Position numbers and translations under genes: made by a program. Of a stretch of DNA of 64,000 bases, positions 55,918 to 64,000 are shown one piece after another (positions within the stretch are counted from its first letter, which is position 1; every line of letters starts with the position of its first letter). The notes beneath the pieces are model-generated. The model was not told where the DNA came from. It searched no databases and saw nothing but the letters and a program-made list of their open reading frames with translations. Origin of the DNA: Ptychomitrium polyphyllum (Eukaryota); the NCBI GenBank assembly GCA_973851085.1, contig OZ316775.1:372001-436000 (forward strand), given 5' to 3'.

Positions 55918-57567
55918 AAAATACTTATACCTATCAAACAGTCCGTCTATATATGCACATATTTGGAAATAATTTACATATAGGTGGATGGAGAAGTATA
56001 GTTGGATACAAGACCTTATATTAAATGCCATCACATTGCAGATGTGATGATCACCTTACTTGTTTATATTTATTAATACCACAAATTTTTTGAAAAACTT
56101 AAAAGTTATAAATTCTTTGTAATTATAAGTAGTTTTTCATTGAATTAATTTTTTCAATTCCATTAAATTCAAATTCAAAATGATTATATGTAATGGATTA
56201 TAGTATTTAAATAACTTTGAAGACATTTTAAAATTTTAAAATTATGTTAAAACCAAAAAATCTTTGATAAACTATAATAGACTTTGAAATTGTAAAAATC
56301 AGAATATTTATTCAATATAAATAAATGTAAAAACAAATTATATACAACATAAATCTTATGAAAACCAAATCATTGAAATTTTAAGATTTCAGGATTTTTA
56401 ATCAATATAATTTTGTAATGTGCTTATTATAAAAATTAAATCAACATCTAAACAAATTCAATGATATAAGTTTTACTTTTTTTATATTTAAAACAAGTCT
56501 TGAAAGGTGGAATTTTGATATTATGTGATATAATCAATTTTTACAGGTACTACATTTTTAATTGTAAATTAAATCAATCTCCTGTAATATAGTGATTTGA
56601 ATAAATCAGGTTTCATTGAAAAACTTGGTACAATATATTCATAAATGGACAACGATGTTTAAATTAAAGTAAAATTTGCATGTATGATCAATTCAATTAT
56701 CAAACAAATTTCTACTATGTGTATGTATGTGAGACCATTTAAAAACATTGTTGGCAATTCAGAAAGCTAATATAAATACAAATCCAAATGATTCAAAAGA
56801 ACCAAATATCTTTTTGAGCTTTAACACAACAATTTGAATATCCACAGTAGCATGTATAAGTACTAGATGTCAAAACCAAAAAAGAAATTATTCTCATTTA
56901 TTTATGAAAAACATGTTCAATTCCTAAATTTCCAATTAGAAATTAACATAATTTCATTATTTAATTTTTTTGAACTTTTTTGAAATTTCATGATTTTGTT
57001 ATTAAATTTTCAAAAGAAAAAATAATATTTATAAAATCTCAATTTTTTTTTGTAGATTAATAACTATCCATCAAAACTAACTTAAAATGAATTTTATTAA
57101 CATTCAATGTTCTTTATGAAATTTTGGTTGTATAAAATTTTGATGATTTTATAATAGAATCTATTAATTAAACTAAAATAACAGTCAATTTCTTTCCTCC
57201 AGCAATTAATTATCAAACTTATAAATTCTTTATTTTGTACATTATATAACACAATGATAGGTAGCCTAGAATTGATTCTAATCAATTCTACTAAAATAAC
57301 ATTTTCTTTCTAACTGGGTTAATTCAAATGAATAAATATTTATTTTATAACCTTATAATTAATACATGGTTCATTCTTCTTACATTGGATTTATTTTTTA
57401 AATCATAACTTTGTAAACCAATTAGTCAATTAAATTAATACATGAATTTTTGAAATATTACTTATTTTACTTTTAAAAAATAATCAGTTATAGAATTATT
57501 CATGGTGTATATACAGAAGATAAAAACATATAGTTTATCATTGTATTTCTTATGAATGTTCTTTTAG

Positions 57568-58973
57568 AATGAAGCGCAAAGAATTGATGCAAGAAATTAA
57601 GCCAGTATGGCCCCATTCATTTCTTTCTCCTACTACATTTGATAGTCAAAACAATTTTGTTCCTTTTGAACATGAACGCCAAGCTCTCATGATCAAGTGA
57701 ATCATCAAAACTTTCATCAATGAATATTTTTCTTTATTGAATTAATTATTGTTACATTTAATGATAATTAGTTTTGTAACATCAAATATAAGATCAATAA
57801 TTAGATTTTTTTTGAATATTATATATTTTGGAAAATCAAAGAATCATATACAATGTTAAAAATTTTAATTAGTATTTTTTCAATACAGGAAACAAGATGA
57901 AGATTTAGAAGAATTGAGTTCAAGTGTAGAGCGATTGGGAGACATGGGAAAATCAATCAATGAAGAACTTGTTGTCCAGGTTGTAAATTTCATGATTACA
58001 ATGTACAAATATTAGTTAAAATTTATACCTATTTTTAAAGAAAACATATTTTGATTAAAATGCTTATCAAATTCTATCTTACAATTACTATATTTAATTA
58101 AAAAAATTTATAGCTTCATTTTAAAGTATTTCATATTTTAAGATAGTCATATTTATTAATTTGACCTACAATGCATGTATTTTTATAATCAAATAAACAA
58201 TTGTATATACAAGTTATTTATTGTGATCCATTTAAAAGTTTCATTTTATCAAAATCTAGGAAAAATTTATAAGTGATGTTGAACAAGACATTGATACAAC
58301 CAGCATTCGCCTTGATTTTATTCAAGTAACATAACTTTATTAATTTCTTGATTTATTAATAAAATTGATAAAAAATGTATGAAGTTTTAACAATTGAATT
58401 TTATTAATTCAATTAGAAGCAATATACACCAATGTTTCAAAATATAGAATACAATTAGCAAAATTTAATGTTGCCTTTAGCCTTACTTATATATTGTATG
58501 GTACGCAAATCATTTAAAAAACTCATTGGAAAAAATGAAGAAATAAACATATTCATTATAAAGAAGATGTTATTTTTTTATTTAAAAGTTAAAATAAAAT
58601 ATAAAGGTTGATTTGATACATTTTGCATTTTTATTTCTACATTATAAAATCATTCAAAAGAAATAATATACATATTGAAGCATAGATGATTACTCATAGC
58701 TTTGTATGTAGATTTTTAATTTCTTTAACATTGATTGAGTACTAATTTGAATTGTTGTTCTTTCAAAATTCAATTGCAAGTTTACAAAATTGTTAAAACT
58801 TAATTATGTGATAGTTCAATTATTTTCTATAATAATGTAATATTTAAAATTGATGAAATGTGTAGAAAAAAGTGGAATTAATGATTGTAAAAGCAGGAAG
58901 CAATGGACAAATATTTATGATTATTTTTCTAATAGTTTTGCTTATTATTCTTATAGTATTTGTATTTACATGA
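57568..58973 (+). CDS. SYP61: Syntaxin-6/SYP61-like Qc-SNARE, four C-terminal exons (5' part unresolved)
   Basis: Exons 57568-57696, 57889-57979, 58260-58325, 58866-58973 splice in frame to ...ERQALMIKKQDEDLEELSSSVERLGDMGKSINEELVVQEKFISDVEQDIDTTSIRLDFIQKKVELMIVKAGSNGQIFMIIFLIVLLIILIVFVFT*, a SNARE coil plus C-terminal transmembrane anchor matching the SYP61 pattern. Confidence 0.85.
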
Positions 58974-60149
58974 ATATATTGGTTTTTCAAGTTAGGTAAA
59001 TTATTTCTAATACATGAACAAAAATTTCATCAATATTTAATTTTTGAAACGCAAACAAAAAGATTTATTATTAAAGTGTGTAACTTTTCATTTAATTTAA
59101 TTAAATTTTGATGTTATATCAAAAAAATTATATAAAAATACACATAAAAATTAAAATAATGAATAAATTATTACAAATTTTATTGTACTTCCTTTCTATT
59201 ATTTATTTCTTTGAATAGTTTACAAGATAATTATCTTTAGTTATATTTTGATAATGAAATATTATCAATAAAATTTGTATTTTATTAAATTCCAATATAA
59301 TGCATTAATAAAAAGATGTTTCTTTAGAATTAAATAAAAAATAATTAGTAATACAATAGGTATTGATATTATCAATTCACCAATACATGTTACATAAATA
59401 ACTTTGAAATCTTCATTAAATAAAATAAAACAGAAAACCATTGAAACATTTTATATATGTTTATATTGCTAGTGGATGATATCATAAATTTGATTATTAA
59501 TAAGAACACATGTACTTTAGAACAATTTCCTATATATTAATGTAATCATAATAATAAGTTTTAATTTTTAGATTCTAATATATCTTAATTGAATTAATTT
59601 TATTGAATAATTAAAAAAAATAAGAAAATATCTCAAATCTAATAACTTGACCTACCAAACCTTTAAGGCTTTTATTTTCTAGCCTCCAATAATAATCAAT
59701 TTAAGACTCAATGAGAACAAGGGAGGAAGGGAGGCCATCAATTGAATCATGCAACGAGCTTCAAAATGTTTTTGTTTACACTTTTGACTTTTTAACCACT
59801 AATTTAGTCCAATCAAGTCTTAATCTAATCTATTTAAGATAGAATAAATTATAAACTTCTTTAATCAATTATTGATGTTGAGATTCCTTTGCTTATATTA
59901 TATTATTATATGATGCAAAAACAAATAGCTCTTCATTCTATTAGAAATAATCTTTGGTACTTCATTACCAAAAAGTTTAGAAATTGATTATTTCAACATT
60001 ATGACCAAATTCAAATTCAATAATATGATAGCCGCATTTATATTTTTTTCACATATACAAAATATTTAATTATAGATCCTATAATCATAATTTATTATTA
60101 TTGATAATTTCAAATACTAGAAATGATTTTAGCCTATATTAATAGTCAA

Positions 60150-61129
60150 TTGTTATTTATAATAACATCAAATCTAATTTCAATGGTTGATTTTTAATAA
60201 TCCATGCTATTGTAACACATGCTTGATTGTCTAAATTACTCTTTTGCCAATCTATAAGCCTCCAAATGGTTCCTAAACGTTGTAATATGAATAATTAGAG
60301 CTTCAATAAATCATTTTTTAAGAGCTTAGGAATATCTTCTTTTCATTTGTCAACACCTCTTAAGGACTCCAAACTTTGCAAAGAATGTGATTCAAAAAAT
60401 GCTATTAGTGCTAGCTTTGAAGAATGTATAAAAAAACCTCCAATTTTATACACTTGCTAAAATTCCTTGCCACAAGGAAAAACTTTGCACCTTGCAATGA
60501 AATTACTAGTGGCCTAGCAAAATCAAGACTCTACATATAACTCTATCTTGTAATTTCTTATGGCCATAGTTAAAAAATCAAAGTATTCCATTTGGCCATT
60601 TTCAAAATATAAGACCATTTTTCCAATAAAACCTAGTTATATGATGTATTATATAATGATATTTGATAGAATCATTCCATGTTGTAAACAATCTAAAATC
60701 CACATGTCTTAGATAATTTGAAATTGCTTTAATTCAAGTTTCTATCTATATAATTTTTTAATTTCCACTTATATCTTAAAAGAACTTTCTTTTGTTTATG
60801 TCAAATAAAATGTATGCAAGCATTTGAAGCATTTAAATTAAGTTTTAAAATATTTGGCACCACCTTGTATTTTAAAGTATTTTTTTTATATAAAGCTCAT
60901 TTATTTTCTAAAAGTCGGCACTATCTAAAGCTCATTTGGCCAAATTTTCTAAAAGCTTATCAAATTCCATTAATCATTTTAGAAGCTGGTATTTTATCAC
61001 AAGCAAGAAGCTTAGCCCTAAAAGGTATGGATAAAAATGTACCACCATCTAAATATTCATCCTCATAAAATGAATACTTAGCTTCCACATTATTATTCTT
61101 TCAATATACATATATATACATATACATAC

Positions 61130-61192
<63 letters not shown>

Positions 61193-62400
61193 TATACTCT
61201 TTGCCATCATCATCCTTTTTGAATTAACACAATAATAGTTTCTAACATATTATAATTTGTATAGATTTAGAAAAGACGTCAAGCATTTGGTTGTAAATTT
61301 AGTGCTTGCTTCAAGAACTTCATAAAAGCTCTTAACTCTGACATTTTGTTGAAAACACATATCATTTTAAAAACTTCCACTTTTGCTTTGTAAACTTCTA
61401 AACCTCTTAATGCAATTATGTGCCTTATATAAGGTAATTGTTCATGGAAGTACTTACTTTTTCATGTTATAACTGAAGACTCCATATGCGCTATTTTTTA
61501 AAATATTATTGTAAGTTTTTAACATTATTTTCATTATATTATTTAAGATAAATACATCATTAATGTATTACCAAAAAAATGACAAATTCTTTGTAATCTA
61601 ATTTATAACATATTAGAGTTTATTGACGTATTTTTCAATAGAAAAGTGTATTTCATCCATTAATATCTATTACTTTAAAAGATATTGTTTTCATTTTTTT
61701 TTCAAATTTCAACAACAATTGTTACTTTGAACTTAAGTCCAAAGTTTTGCTTTTGGACTTGTGGCTTGCATCAAATAACTCTTTTGGTGTTAGTATTAGA
61801 TATTAATTAGACTATTTATTATTATTAATAAGATGACAATCTTTGCACATTTGTTTCTTTTTCTAATTCTTCAAAATATTTTTCTTAGCTTACATTAAGG
61901 TGGCACATGTATAACCTCCATTTAAAAGTTCTAATAATTTAATATCAAATAAGTCCTTGCATCTCAACTTGATACTATCTCTTATTAAAAAGCTAAGCTT
62001 ATAAAGGCATATAGATATTGAATGATCATCTACTAGTTGTATTTTAAAAAACCTAAATTTATAATCCTTCAAGTTACTGATTTTAAAAGAGAAATAATCA
62101 TTATACAAGTGCATAAATGCAAGCAATTTTTTATGATTGTGTACAAGTGAGTCCCAGATCTAAATCAATCTTCCATTCCTTAATAATTCAAAATATTATC
62201 TTTCTAACATTAAACCCATTTTTTAATGTCAATATTTCTTTTGTTGTTATTTTAATAAATGTGCACCATTGCCTTGTCCAAGACAATAGATGCATTTGTA
62301 CTTTTGATCACCTAAAGTACTTTAGCTCCATCATCCATTTTTGCCACACCATCCATTAATTATAATGATGCAATTATATATGGATTATGTTAGGAAATGT
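60150..62400 (-). mobile_element. Degenerate Ty3/gypsy pol remnant (limits approximate)
   Basis: Minus-strand peptides FLNHILC/KFGV/EVLTNE and ALIIHITTFRNHLEAYRLA (~60240-60400) match a gypsy integrase core; RNase H-like remnant at ~60840-61040. Confidence 0.55.
61104..61177. repeat. (TA)n/(TACA)/(TAGA)n compound microsatellite
   Basis: Directly visible. Confidence 0.95.
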
Positions 62401-63058
62401 CACCATGTCAACAAAGATGAATAGTTGTTATGGATTTAAGGTAAAAGTTATGTCTATGATTATGAATGATTGTGTATTTTATAAAAAAATTAGCATAGTT
62501 GCATTAGTAGCAAAATATGAGATTGTGCAAATACCTTAGATTTGGGATTGTATATAATTTCATAGACATATATACAGTCCTATTCTGTTATTGTAGATTT
62601 TTATAAATATAGTTCTCTCATTTTTGCATGTATTAAGAAGTGATGGTATTTTATAGTTATATTTAAAATATTAGTTGTCCAAGTAAATGTTGATAGGCTT
62701 AAAATTCATAACCAATTTGATTGATTTTTTATTTAAGCTCTCTGCACCAAATTTTTTAATTACTCTAGAAACCAACTTTTGGATTCTTGCTTCTACAAGA
62801 AGGTTGATCAATTAACCTCTAAGGATGTAGCAATATATGGTCTATTATTTGTTTCTAACATAAAAAAAAAAAAAATCCATAATTTGCTACTAATTTAAAT
62901 TCTTGGTGCTAAATGTCTAATTAGCAAGAAATTTAAAGGTACAAAGAATATGAATAAAAGTAAAAAAAATATTACACCAATAAAATTTATTTTGGTTCTA
63001 TTTTTCTAGCAAAATGCTCATGAATAAAATTCAAGAAGATAACTTGAATGCAAACCGC

Positions 63059-64000
63059 TGTTACGGACATACATATTAGAAGCATCTATAAAGGTTCTTA
63101 GAAGATTTAGGACGGTTCTAAGGAAGTTACCATGGACTTGGAAAGCTTCCAAAGAAATTACTTTCGGGTAAAGAAGCTTCTAAGGAAATTGCCTCGGCTG
63201 AGGAAGCTTGCAAGGAAGTTACTTTGGCCTAGGTAACTTCTAAGGAAGCAACTCAAGGTTGCTTGAATTCAAAGCAATGTAAGCAAAGCTTCTCAAGAAG
63301 TTTTCAAGGCTTATAATTTTAATATATATAAGAGCCGAGGCGGAAGAACTCTTTAGTCTCGACAATGTATCTCTTGTGGTTTAGTTCAGACCTGCTAGCC
63401 TTGTCTTTTGTACTTTCTTGTAGCTCTTTATTTCTAATGTATTTGGACTTATCTTATTCCACATCTTAGAATCCTGAAAGCCTTGTCTTGTGGTTACTTT
63501 GTCTGTAACAGTTTGTCGAGAATGTCACACAACAATATCAAAGCTTGGTCTTTCTAGATAGAAAGCGGATCACCCTTCTTTCTCGAAAGCACTATAGCAC
63601 TGTAGGGATTGCAGATTATCTTCCTCTGGACTAATATTTCCTCTTGAATTGTCTTTGGTTTCTTGCATAGTTAGCAGTTTTTATCTATTCCCACTTCATT
63701 TTTATGCCAAGGGGTGAAAAAGTCAATATGATTGATTAAAAAGAAACAAAGTTAGATTCCATTATCAATGCCTTTAAAGCATTGAGTATCAAGACCAAGG
63801 CTTTATTCAAGCAAAACAAAGAACTATATATGACCATATACAATGATTAAAGAGCAGAAGCATCGTAGTTGCTATCCTAAGTCAACTTAGGTGCTTCATT
63901 GTCTAACCCTAATTTGATAGATGACGGACAAGTTCAATTTAAGAATTCAATGCCAACAACCAAAGAACCAAGAATCAGCCTTCCGGAGAAGTTTGATGGT
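63059..64000 (+). mobile_element. 5' LTR (63059-63534), degenerate PBS and start of gag of a Ty3/gypsy element running off the window
   Basis: TGTTACGGACAT...CACAACA; TATA at ~63325; ATATCAAAGC (resembles the Met-tRNA PBS GTATCAGAGC) directly after the LTR; gag motif MPTTKEPRISLPEKFDG at 63950-64000; the LTR start resembles family B. Confidence 0.85.

Overview
AT-rich eukaryotic DNA, most likely moss nuclear genome (Physcomitrium patens-like; inferred from spliced plant genes, LTR style and composition, not database-confirmed). Bases 1-18,000 are a nest of decayed transposons: one Ty3/gypsy element whose integrase is split by two solo LTRs, one of which carries a further solo LTR and a chloroplast rps12 fragment. 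A gene island follows: a plastid-type prephenate/aspartate aminotransferase (10 exons, -), a BTB/POZ protein (-), a SAC3/GANP protein (12 exons, +) and an intronless, GC-rich, bacterial-type GH78 alpha-L-rhamnosidase (-; horizontal-transfer candidate). The right end holds a SYP61-like syntaxin missed by the ORF track, more gypsy remnants and the start of another LTR element. No CRISPR arrays, rRNA or tRNA genes were seen. Exon boundaries were read by hand from GT/AG sites and reading frame.
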